The notes: generated by a model not told the origin, from the letters alone. A stretch of DNA of 64,000 nt from Selaginella moellendorffii (GCF_000143415.4 NW_003314276.1:84105-148104); one strand, 5' to 3'; shown: positions 1 through 11,540, counted from the first letter of the stretch. Numbers and translations: made by a program.

Positions 1-2505
1 TCAATGAGATTGGGCAACTACTCTCGTTGCATACGCAGAGATGAAAATGATGATCCGAGTGGGTACACGTTTGGGTGCAAAGACTTCGCAATGGTTCCTT
101 GGGTATGGATTTGTTTACCTTTTTATACTATAATAATATGAGTTTGCTCTTGGGCTCACAAGGATGGATTTGAGGTGTACCATTTTACACGAGTTTGTGC
201 TTGGGCTCGTGACTGAGGTATATTAGCAACTTGAGGTTTCACTTTAAGTTGGCAGAATTAATGTTAGCCTATCAGTGGTTCAATGAGTTGTTCCATGTAC
301 CATGGGTAAGAGTAAACCTTCCCTAGGTTTGCTGTGAGTGGCAAGTAGGCTAGTCCATAGCTGCTCAGCACGGCACAGTGGATCCTTCCTAGGCATGATT
401 ACAAGTGGACCAATCAAGACTATAGGGATTAGTCTACTAGTTCAAGTAATCATTGCCATGCTCTCTCATAAACTTTTCTTGGATTGAATTGAAGGCAGTG
501 TGAACGCAAGCTTAAGGTTTAGTCAAAAGATAAAACCGAAAAGAGAGTCATCAAGGATGAAAGATCAAACACGTAAATCATTTTCTCTTCTTGGAGAGAT
601 GATTTGCAACGAGGTGTGACTCATTACTCGTGTTCATATTATGCAATCAAGAGTCCCTACCTTGATGCATGTTGGAAGTGGTGGTCTTACAAGGAGTGAG
701 TCATGGCATGGATAGCGGTGAAACACTATACCATTTTATCTAGGCTTACTATTGGAAGACTTGGGTTGCAATGTTTAATTCTTTTCTGGGGAACCTTGCT
801 ATTGCTCCTTGAGTAGTCTGGTGTTGGATAAGTTTTGAGATTGGTTAGAAAGAGAGTGGCATGAGCTTGTCTGTGTTTATATCATATCCATGTGATAATG
901 AGCAATGTGTTTATGAAGTTGCTTGGTTAAACAATGATCAACCCCAAAGTGGTTGATGGTGAAGCTAGTCTACTTGCACAAAGTAGCATTGTAGTAGCTT
1001 TGATTGGATTCTCGGTGGTGATCCATTATGTTAAGCTTAAGTTGGTACCTTGTTTCATTGAGAATGCCCATTGAGGTGTTGGAAATAGGGTTATAGCATT
1101 CACTTGCTATAGCTTGTTGGTTGATCCGTTAGCACTTGGAGTAGATTATTGGATGGAGAAGGTATGTAGTTGAAGCATTGACATCGCTAACACTTGTGTT
1201 AGTGGAAGTGGCATTGTTATTTCGAGTGATGAGGAATTTTCCTTAGAGCTTGATTTTCCATGTCATTTTTCTTGTTAGTATTTTGGCTTCACATTGGATC
1301 TTCAAGATGGTTGAAGAAAAATGTTAGTGCAATATGGATATCCGAAGATGTGGTTTTCGTGATCAAGCCTTTGATATTCATTTTGCACTTTGAGGATGTC
1401 GGTGTTGGATATCAGTTAGATGGGCAAAGATGTTCGATGCTTAAGCATGCTATGGGGTCATGAGAATTTATGTTAAGGTGAACTTATGTGAAGTTGTTGG
1501 TAGGAGAAACTTGGTTGAGTCTTGAAAGTTTGTATTCCTAGACTGAGAGTCATTCTTTCTCTAGCATGGAAATTTTCTACAAATTTTCTTAGGCTTTTCC
1601 AATGGCTGATCTGTTGATCACTTTGTCTGAAAACCATTCTATTTTTGTAAGCCAATACAAACTAGTGAAGGGGTTGGAGTTGACTTCGGTTGGCTTAGAC
1701 CTTGGTAAGTAGTTTGTATGATGTGAAACGAAAGGGGATGTTGACATTTTGGGGTTAAGGCAATTGAGTTGGATAGAGTCTGGAGTTGCTGTAGAAAAGT
1801 GGCCGTTGCACTTTTCTAGAAAGGTGACCCTTGTGCGTCTCTTTTATAGCGTTTTGCTTGGTGGTAGGTTGCACCTTGCATTTTGTTAGACTCTATGAGA
1901 GTAATGAGTTTTCACTGATCTTGACTTAGTCTTGGTAGCCCTGTGCCTTGGCTAAGGATGGTGATGTCCAACTTCGTTGTTTGAGTTTGAGGTGTTGGTA
2001 CCCATACTATAGCTTTGTCTAAGAGGAGGTTGTGTACCGATATGAGTCCATTTCATGGTCTTCACTTTAGTTTCGACTGAGTGTTGATCGCATAGCTAGC
2101 CTCTTCAAGACATGCTCAGAGCTAGTGGCTAAATGTTTTAGTGAGCTTATTGCAGTTGAGTTGGATTCGAGTGGTTATTTAGTTTGTGCTTGTCTATGAA
2201 CTTTTATCTTGTACCTGGGGTATCACGTTCATGTTGGACAAGTATATAACTTGATGACAAGAGTTGGTGTTTGGGTCTTGTGAAGGCAAGTTGAGGAGTG
2301 ATTGTTAGTTGCTTTGCAACTAGTGATTACTTGTAGACTTAGTTGAGGACTGTTGACACTTGCTTTGCTCGATGATGATTAGCAGTGATGGGCTTGCTTT
2401 ACCGGATGGTGTTGTGGAGGATCGTGTCATTAGACTTACATGGGTTTTCCATGATGGCATATCGATTCTACCTCTGTCGATATCATTTGGTGACGTTTAG
2501 TCTAT
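1..2505 (+). mobile_element. Internal region of non-coding/decayed LTR element family B
   Basis: Homologous to 15780-17626 (+), 26775-28745 (+) and 22443-25920 (-). The last copy adjoins a PPT and LTR. No long ORF. Confidence 0.7.
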
Positions 2506-2790
2506 TGTAGCGCAAGCCAGTGCAAGACAAAGCAAAAGAGAACTAAAAAGCCAGGCCAAATATGCTTGGCTAAATAGACACTTAGGAATTCCATCCTTAT
2601 GCTCATCTGGCCAAGTACAGATGCAAAGTCCAGTTTACTAACACTTGAACAAGAGGGGCTGATAAAGGGTCCAGCAATACCGACCTCCTGCCATTGTGGC
2701 AGTAAGGAAAAAGTGTCCGTAAGGACTGGCCGACAGGTAACTTTCGATACCTGAAGTCACATTCGCGACACTCCCCCCCCCCCCCCCCTA
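2506..2790 (-). mobile_element. Family-B LTR fragment preceded by a poly-G PPT
   Basis: The minus strand reads G-run/GAG then TGTCGCGAATGTGACTTC. The same LTR start occurs at 22442 (after a PPT) and at 26652. Confidence 0.7.
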
Positions 2791-3238
2791 GGATCAGCCA
2801 ATGCTCTGCCCAGCCTCTTGCTTTCACTCGAAGTTCTTCCCAGAAGAGGGTCCGAGCCTGCCCTTTGGTTGGGGCATAGATGTTCATGATCCCCACTCAC
2901 CCAAAGTGCAAGCTGAGCACTAGGAGCTACACTCTCCCCGGCACAACCACTTCATGATCACTTGCTTGTGCCATCCATCTGGTGGAGACCACAATAGCTG
3001 TGCCACCCCCTGGCCTGGACTGAGCTGTTACTGCCGCATTCCACCAAGTTTTCCCTCTCATACTGAAGTTGTAGTCCGGTTCGGTGTCCATCTTGTGTTC
3101 TTGTATGCATAGGAAGTCTATCCTGCCTTCCAGTCCCAACTCCCTTACATGCGACTTGAGTTGGATTTTTTTGTGGAGCCTGCTGTCCGTGGAACTGAGG
3201 CCTCAACAGTTCCACGTAAGAAATGTTATGGTCATCAT
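2790..3238 (-). pseudogene. L1-clade LINE ORF2, APE endonuclease N-terminus (stop codons, truncated)
   Basis: MMTITFLTWNC*GL...IDFLCIQEHK...GGGTAIVV...IMNIYAPT...FWEEL...WLILG match APE motifs. Truncated at the GGDFN motif. Confidence 0.85.
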
Positions 3239-3866
3239 GGTGCGACATACTTCGAGGAGAACCTGTTGGTGCTTGGTTGCACCCTCCACTCTATGGATAT
3301 GGTCTATACTGCTGTTGTCTTCCCTCAGAGTCTGGCCCAAGAGAATCCCCACACCATGTATTTTGCAAATCCTATTCATTCTATTATCGCTCGCTCCATC
3401 CGACTCTGGTAGTCCTCGAGAGCTACTATTTCTAGGAATGTTGCAATCCCTCGCTAGACCAGCCAGTTTTCTGCCTCTGTTGTTGCTAGCTCTCTCTTTA
3501 GGGGAATCCATTGGATCGCCAAGTTCACTATTTTAGGGATTACCATCTGGAAGCCTTCCTCGCTGGTTTCACCTGGGGGCCCTTCAAAGAGCCTACTCTT
3601 GGAGCTGGATCCTGCTACTGGTGGGGCCATCGAGAACCTAATATGTGGGGTGCAAGTTGGTTCTCGTTATAACAGCACCTTTTCTTCCTCCACTGGAAGT
3701 TTGAAAGGTCGTTCTAGGGCTGGTTTCCCCATCCTTGCTATGCATGCCGCTTCCTGGTGGCCCACCTTCTGGCAGAATATGCATCTTCTTCCTATGACTT
3801 ATGTTTGGACCCTGATGTATTGTCCCAAGACGGCCAGCTCTGTTGGGGTCTCTGCCGGAGAGTCAT
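3239..3866 (-). pseudogene. LINE ORF1 C-terminal part with CCHC zinc knuckle
   Basis: Minus-strand translation at about 3741-3790 gives RRCIFCQKVGHQEAAC (CX2CX4HX4C), directly upstream of ORF2. Confidence 0.75.
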
Positions 3867-4529
3867 TGTGAGACACAAAATCCCTAGGCCCCAAAGTGGA
3901 GCCGGAAAGGGTGCCACGTGGTAGTGGCTGAAGCGAGAGCCAAACGAGTGTAACACGTTTGGACCAAAAGCTCCGACTTGAAAAGTCAAGAGCGGGAGTG
4001 GAACTCCCAAAGAAGTGCTCGAGGAACGAGCACGAAGCGAGCAAAAAGCGAGGCTCCAAAAAGGGACCCAAAAGGACCAACACATGACACGTGGAAGTGT
4101 CCGAGATGGACTCGAGTTGGAGTCCGAAGTGGAGTCCGAGATGGACCCAAGAGGGACCCGAAATGGAGTCCGAGATGGAGTCCAAGATGGACCCGAAATG
4201 GAGTCCGAGATGGAGTCCGAGATGGACCCGAGATGGACCCAAGATGGAGTCCGAGATGGAGTCCGAGATGGACCCGAGATGGACCCAAGATGGAGTCCGA
4301 GATGGAGTCCGAGATGGACCCGAGATGGAGTCCGAGATGGAGTCCGAGATGGACCCAAAATGGAGTCCGAAATGGAGTCCGAGATGGAGTCCAAGATGGA
4401 CCCGAGATGGAGTCCGAGATGGAGTCCGAGATGGACCCGAGATGGACCCGAGATGGAGTCCGAGATGGAGTCCGAGATGGAGTCCGAGATGGAGTCCGAG
4501 ATGGAGTCCGAAGTCGAGACCGAGACCGG

Positions 4530-4561
<32 letters not shown>

Positions 4562-5646
4562 TCGGGACCGAGACCGAGACCGAGGCCGAGGCCGAGACCG
4601 AGCCCGAGCCCGAGTCCGAGTCCGAGTCCGAGTCCGAGTCCGGAGCCTGAGAGGGTGAAAGCCCAAAGCGTTCGTCTCCCAGACCCTGGGGGGTTTGGTG
4701 AGCTCCAAAAGTATAGTAGGGGGGAGGACTGCAGTGGAGCCAGTTTGGCCAGGAAAGGCCAGTTTGGCCCAGGAAGGCCGGACCCAGTGTTGGGTGATGA
4801 GCTGCCCACTGGGAAGTCCAAGACTGGAGTGAACACAGACCGACAAGCGGGGTAGCTTGGTGAAGTGTTCAAGAGCCGGCTCTAGTTCCCCCGGGAGATC
4901 GACTGGCCGATGCTCCCAGTCCAAGTGTGGGTGGCACTACCTACTTGGATACCTGGTGTGGCTCAACGGAACCCGCTCTAAGCCCATGGCTAGAGCACCT
5001 AAAGGTGAAAGGTGGGGAGAGTACCCAGGTGGCTCGCGTAAGGCCACGGTGTTCCGAAATGTTGTCCCGAAAGCCTAGACTGTGGAAAGGAAGAGGAGCA
5101 GTCCTCTGGGGTAGTGACCAAGGACACAGTCGTGTGGTGAGGAAGTCCCAGAGGACCATGGGACTTAGTGGTCGGGCCTGTGGGCCTCGATCCAGTGGCA
5201 GTGTTGGTAAACACGGCCAGGGGCAGAAAGGGACTTGGTAGGAACTGACAAAGGGACTTTGGGGAAGGCAATTCCCCAGGTCTGTGGGCATCCTAAGGAT
5301 GCTAAGGAGCGGATCTAGGATCACCACCCGTGAACAGATGGCCCAGTCTTGGAGAGACGGGATGGTGATGCAAGTGGTATTGGACCACTAGTGCAGCAAA
5401 GGTGAATGGGCATGGCCTTAGCGTAACGGGCCGAGATGTCAGTGGTACCTTCGGATGTCGGTCTTTGGACCGGACACGTGGAGCACTTGGACCAGGTGCA
5501 AGTGTTGAGTGGCATGGATGCCATTCTTGGGGCAAGCAAGTCCCAAGTCCTGAATTGGACTAATGGAGGTTGTGAATGAGACTCCTCCAAATGGTCGGAG
5601 GTGTGGTTAAGTGACTAAAGTAGAATGGAAAATTTAGTCGCTTACA
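3867..5646 (+). repeat. Family A 5' LTR
   Basis: TGTGAGACAC...GTCGCTTACA; direct repeat of 9756-11535. Confidence 0.95.
4102..4642 (+). repeat. LTR-internal tandem array of GAGATGGAGTCC/GAGATGGACCC 11-12-mers followed by GAGACC/GAGTCC hexamers
   Basis: Directly visible. Also at about 9991-10530, 12277-12542, 52665-53075 (-), 55214-55575 and 55813-56418. Confidence 0.95.
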
Positions 5647-5649
5647 ACT

Positions 5650-5661
5650 TGGTATCGGAGC
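5650..5661 (+). promoter_or_regulatory. Primer binding site (tRNA-iMet) of family A
   Basis: TGGTATCGGAGC, 3 nt after the LTR end; matches the plant iMet PBS consensus TGGTATCAGAGC. Confidence 0.9.
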
Positions 5662-8600
5662 TGTTCCTTAGTCCGACTTTTATTGGTGCTCAAGTATATC
5701 ACCACTAGTGTTGGCATCGGAAGGTCCGAGGAGTGGGCCTATCCTTGAGGAGTAGCAAGTCGGGAAGACATGGCTCTCCATTACAGTTCATGTGCGAACT
5801 TGTAGACGAGGTGGTGGATAGAAAAGGGCCAATAATGGAACGACTTTGGGATCTTGGGAACAGTAGATGGCTTTTCTCAAAGAGTTGAGGATGTGATCCA
5901 GATGAGCGTTTGACTTAGCAAATTGGCTAATGTAGTTGTGGTAAACAACTATAGTTGGGATCACGGGAAAGATAGAGACTCCAAAACAATAAAGGAGTCA
6001 CAAGATTTTCCTCATATAGTTGAGGTTGGTGCTCATGAATGTGAGACCAGAAGTAATGACCGTGGGAGGTCAAATACGGAAGAGGACTCAAGTCCTTGAA
6101 AAGGTAGCCGGGGCTACCTCTAATAAATGCTGGAACAACCCCAGGAGTTGGGGGTGTATTAAGTGGATGAGTTGGTGTTCTCATCACATGGACAAGTAGT
6201 CCTAAGGGGCAAAGGTTGCCCCCAGAGAACAAAATCAAGTGTCGGAGTAACACTTGTGAAAATAGTCCTTTTGAGTAGGACAGGAATGCAAGAAGTGTAT
6301 TCCAATGAGCTAGTGCCTCACAAGTAGGACCTTACGAGTCGGTGGATTAACCAAGTCCAAAGTTGCTAGACGACTCAAGTAGAGTCAAGGGATGGTCCTA
6401 AAAGGACTGATGGAAGCATTTGGACTGAGGTGTGTTTTACCCCACGAAGGATGGGGGGGGATCATAGGATCCAAGGATGAGAACAAAGGGTATCTCATCG
6501 ATGGCAAAATGTGCCGTGCTAAAAGTCGTGGGAAAGGTGTTCCCAAATAGAAAACAACTTTGACACAAAGTTGTGTGTGACCTCTATGGTGCCGTGTTAA
6601 CAAATGGTTGGCATGAGAAAGAGCGGTATTGGTCTTGGCAAAGACTTAGACACAAAGAAAAAGTGTCATAGAGGTAGGCTCGTGGAGCCGATGGTGTGGA
6701 GACACCAAATGTGCCAAGGTGTGATACCTTAAGGCTATGTTGTTGGGTTCATGAGGACCCCTTGCCAAAGGAGTCCCAATGGAAATGGGAATGGCAAGGC
6801 CTAAGCTGGAAGGCATGCGGTTGGAGTGTGGTGACCCAGATAATGATGGAGGTGTGGAAGCACCAAGCAATGAGTTGTAAGACTTGACAGCTATGGGGCA
6901 ACTAAGCAAGAGGTGCAAGATAATTGGTTAAGCGGGTAGAAGGTAACTACCCAAGACTTCTTAATGGTATAAAGAAGTTAGATATACCCTTACGGGGGAT
7001 AAATTGTTTATGTTGCGATGTAGTAAGTCAATGTCATGAAAGGAAATACTCATTGTCAAGGAAGCCGTCATTGGGACACCTGAATACTCTAGAACACCAA
7101 GAGGTGGTGTTTGATGTCGCGAGGGCAATGGATAAAGCCCAAGGGACTAAGTCCCTAGCGAATGATGGATAGAAGGTGCTATCCAAATGTTCAAGGTTGC
7201 GGAGACAGGAGAGGACTGTCTACCCAAGTTGGACAAAGCCAAAAATGGAATTTTGGCAAGGCTAGTGATGGGCATGTAAAGGCCCATAAGCAACAATGTA
7301 ATCCCAGTGTGTGGGATTATAAGCTGAGCATACCCAGATTGAGGAACCACTCCCTGGGCTATTGGGTAGGTTCATCCCTAAGAATACTTGCTAAGGCATG
7401 ATTGAAAGTGCAAAGCTATCCTCCTGGTCTGGAGGAAAATGACCAAAGGAAAGGTGTGAAGCCAAAAAAGCAATAAGTAAGGGGATAGAACCGAACCGTA
7501 GGAATCAAAGGGCATAACCAAGGTTGGTTATGCCAGCTGGGAGTGGAGAATCAAGTGGGGGCTCGAGGGTGTTGCCACTAGCAACCGTGATGCCATGGAG
7601 AGTCTAAAATATGGAATTGTCCATGTTAGACTATGTGGCATTTGGAAAGCTGGCAAAAAGGGAGGCCTTAGCAAGCTGAGGGACAGAGTTCCTTCAAGGT
7701 TCCCAAAGACGATTCTAGGTAGCTTAGTACCTAGAAAGGCCAAGTGTAAATGGTTCATGAAACGCGCGAAATTAGAGTGGCGCAGCAGAAGCGTGGTCTT
7801 GAAGCTTGCCATGAGGCAAGGCTATCAAGGTTAGGGAAGTAGTTCCCGAGTGTTCAAAGAGAGGGCTTTGAACGAAAGTCGATGGTCAAGGGCTTTCACG
7901 CTTATGCAGGAACCATGTTACAGTGGTCGGAGGACTTGCCAAGCAAGATTGGCACGTCGGGGGAACAAATACCTTAGTTGAAGGTGATAACTTCAAAAAG
8001 GGTGGGCCATGGGGCCGAGCATGGAGGAGTCCATGCATGATCACAGACATGTCAAGTGAGAGGACTTGGCAGTGTGGAGGAACTAGGTTCCTAAGCTGTG
8101 ATCTATAGCGCGCTTTAAAAATAAGTTGGTGCACCGGCGTGGGGAGTCACGCCAGGCATCTTGTGTGATGCCGTCCGTAGATGCATATACGGAGGTTGGG
8201 TTCGAGTCCCGACCCTCTAGTGCTTGGGTTCGAGTCCCAAATCACTAGGGCGTGGTGATGGTTTGGAATATGAGGACACTCATACTTCGGTGGTCATGGA
8301 CTCTCAGTGGGGAGACTGGTTTGGGCACACCGCCAAGCGAGGGATGCCTCGGAGTCATGATGCACGGTTAGATTGCTTAGAGTGAAAGCTCGGCATATCT
8401 AACTTGAATGCTTTGGTGCAAGTGGCACCAAGGACGTGGTGAGTGAGATGGGGACACCTAATCTCAGTTGCTATGGACCCTTGGCTGGAAGGGCTGGCTT
8501 GGGCGCACCGCCAAGTGTGGGGGATGCCCCCGGGGTCGTAGTTAACAAGTTAAAGGTCTGGAAGACCTAGTACCTATTGGCAAACCTATTAAGGTGCCGA

Positions 8601-9741
8601 GGTGAGATCACTAGGTGATCTTGTGGCTAAATAAGGACAAGGTCCTTGTTTGGGTTAAGGAATAAGGTTCCTAGTTCAAAGTGTTGATTTGAACTATTGA
8701 GGATGGTGTGGCTTGGTCAAGGTGACCAAGTGGGAAAAGCACCTTAGGGAAATGAGCTATGTCATTGCGATGGCATAGTGTGTCCAAGGAAAGTAGTCTT
8801 TAAAGAGACCCATGAGAGGGTCACAAAGGTGGGCCGAGGATAGAGCCCACAGTAGAAGATGATAAAAGAGACTTACTAGGGGTGAACACCCTAGTCTTGG
8901 CAAAGCAGAGCCTTTGCTATGGAATCAAAAGAATACCTCAAGGAGGGAGGTAGAGATTCGATGTTGCTTGGTGCAACAATCAACGGATAGGAGCAAAAGA
9001 TGAGTGGCCAAGATAGGGCCATGGAATCCCTTGGAAGGAATCCAAGTGACAAAGTTAAGCGAGGAACACTAATGTGTTGGACACTAACAAATTGCGGGAA
9101 AGGAAGTGTATTTCCAAGGATGGATTCCGAATTGCTCCGATTTGGCGAAAGTGGAAGCTCCAAAGGAGGGAGCAGTAAGGTAGCCAAATGATAGGGCAAT
9201 GGACAACCCTAGCACAAGGTGTGATAAATGGAACTTAGTGCCCAAGGTGGCACGAAATAGAAAAGAGGATGATGGTGCCCTCAAGTAATGAACTTCCTAG
9301 GATAGGGAAGTGGAGTTGCACAATCTGTGCAATGCAAGGTGTTGAAGACACCTAGGAAATTGACTTCAAGAAGTCAAAGGTAAACGTTCCAAAGTGCAAA
9401 GGTAGATCAATGGAATCTGTGACTACTCAAGAAGAAGTAGTGGGATTGACTTAGAGAAGGGTCTCTAAGAGGTTTAGCGAGAACTAAACCAATAAAAGGA
9501 GAGAACCACTACATGTGGTCCAATCAGTCTCTAAGTTGGGAGACTACCCTCCTTAAAGGATAGGCAAGGCCTGGTGAGCCTTTGGTGTCAAACCATTGAG
9601 GCATATGCAAAAGGCATGGTGAGCCTTCAATGTTAAACCATTGACAAATATTTGCTAGGTGCCAAGGATGGAAATGGTAACACATGCGAGTGTTACTCTA
9701 CAAAATGGTTTACCGTTCGATGAGGACATCGAACTTCGTCT

Positions 9742-9755
9742 ATGGGTGGTGGAGT
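9742..9755 (+). promoter_or_regulatory. Polypurine tract of family A
   Basis: ATGGGTGGTGGAGT immediately before the 3' LTR. Confidence 0.8.
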
Positions 9756-10418
9756 TGTGAGACACAAAATCCCTAGGCCCCAAAGTGGAGCCGGAAAGGG
9801 TGCCACGTGGTAGTGGCTGAAGCGAGAGCCAAACGAGTGTAACACGTTTGGACCAAAAGCTCCGACTTGAAAAGTCAAGAGCGGGAGTGGAACTCCCAAA
9901 GAAGTGCTCGAGGAACGAGCACGAAGCGAGCAAAAAGCGAGGCTCCAAAAAGGGACCCAAAAGGACCAACACATGACACGTGGAAGTGTCCGAGATGGAC
10001 TCGAGTTGGAGTCCGAAGTGGAGTCCGAGATGGACCCAAGAGGGACCCGAAATGGAGTCCGAGATGGAGTCCAAGATGGACCCGAAATGGAGTCCGAGAT
10101 GGAGTCCGAGATGGACCCGAGATGGACCCAAGATGGAGTCCGAGATGGAGTCCGAGATGGACCCGAGATGGACCCAAGATGGAGTCCGAGATGGAGTCCG
10201 AGATGGACCCGAGATGGAGTCCGAGATGGAGTCCGAGATGGACCCAAAATGGAGTCCGAAATGGAGTCCGAGATGGAGTCCAAGATGGACCCGAGATGGA
10301 GTCCGAGATGGAGTCCGAGATGGACCCGAGATGGACCCGAGATGGAGTCCGAGATGGAGTCCGAGATGGAGTCCGAGATGGAGTCCGAGATGGAGTCCGA
10401 AGTCGAGACCGAGACCGG

Positions 10419-10450
<32 letters not shown>

Positions 10451-11535
10451 TCGGGACCGAGACCGAGACCGAGGCCGAGGCCGAGACCGAGCCCGAGCCC
10501 GAGTCCGAGCCCGAGTCCGAGTCCGAGTCTGGAGCCTGAGAGGGTGAAAGCCCAAAGCGTTCGTCTCCCAGACCCTGGGGGGTTTGGTGAGCTCCAAAAG
10601 TATAGTAGGGGGGAGGACTGCAGTGGAGCCAGTTTGGCCAGGAAAGGCCAGTTTGGCCCAGGAAGGCCGGACCCAGTGTTGGGTGATGAGCTGCCCACTG
10701 GGAAGTCCAAGACTGGAGTGAACACAGACCGACAAGCGGGGTAGCTTGGTGAAGTGTTCAAGAGCCGGCTCTAGTTCCCCCGGGAGATCGACTGGCCGAT
10801 GCTCCCAGTCCAAGTGTGGGTGGCACTACCTACTTGGATACCTGGTGTGGCTCAACGGAACCCGCTCTAAGCCCATGGCTAGAGCACCTAAAGGTGAAAG
10901 GTGGGGAGAGTACCCAGGTGGCTCGCGTAAGGCCACGGTGTTCCGAAATGTTGTCCCGAAAGCCTAGACTGTGGAAAGGAAGAGGAGCAGTCCTCTGGGG
11001 TAGTGACCAAGGACACAGTCGTGTGGTGAGGAAGTCCCAGAGGACCATGGGACTTAGTGGTCGGGCCTGTGGGCCTCGATCCAGTGGCAGTGTTGGTAAA
11101 CACGGCCAGGGGCAGAAAGGGACTTGGTAGGAACTGACAAAGGGACTTTGGGGAAGGCAATTCCCCAGGTCTGTGGGCATCCTAAGGATGCTAAGGAGCG
11201 GATCTAGGATCACCACCCGTGAACAGATGGCCCAGTCTTGGAGAGACGGGATGGTGATGCAAGTGGTATTGGACCACTAGTGCAGCAAAGGTGAATGGGC
11301 ATGGCCTTAGCGTAACGGGCCGAGATGTCAGTGGTACCTTCGGATGTCGGTCTTTGGACCGGACACGTGGAGCACTTGGACCAGGTGCAAGTGTTGAGTG
11401 GCATGGATGCCATTCTTGGGGCTAGCAAGTCCCAAGTCCTGAATTGGACTAATGGAGGTTGTGAATGAGACTCCTCCAAATGGTCGGAGATGTGGTTAAG
11501 TGACTAAAGTAGAATGGAAAATTTAGTCGCTTACA
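9756..11535 (+). repeat. Family A 3' LTR
   Basis: Near-identical to 3867-5646; followed by TSD GTCAT. Confidence 0.95.
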
Positions 11536-11540
11536 GTCAT

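Larger units (their letters stand above)
3867..11535 (+). mobile_element. Intact non-autonomous LTR retroelement (LARD-like, family A)
   Basis: Two 1780-bp TG...CA LTRs with about 4 differences seen by eye. 5-bp TSD GTCAT (3862-3866 and 11536-11540). PBS and PPT present. The 4.1-kb internal region has no recognisable gag/pol ORF. Confidence 0.95.

Noticed and set aside
4102-4642. CRISPR-like or telomeric array
   Set aside because: No unique spacers, eukaryotic LTR context, and not a TTTAGGG-type repeat.
4645-4685. CTGAGA-GGGTGAAAGCCC-AAAG as a possible hammerhead ribozyme (retrozyme)
   Set aside because: It lacks the exact CUGANGA and post-stem-II GAAA core, no stems I/III were found, and CTGA is not conserved in the C and B versions.
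3792-4924. Long ORFs rich in RS/RD/ES/LG repeats (also 9655-10813 and 55689-56523) resembling SR proteins
   Set aside because: They are open in all six frames because of the stop-free LTR tandem array, and are not real genes.
8130-8260. tRNA gene
   Set aside because: Only T-arm-like hairpins are present; no acceptor stem, D arm or anticodon arm could be assembled.
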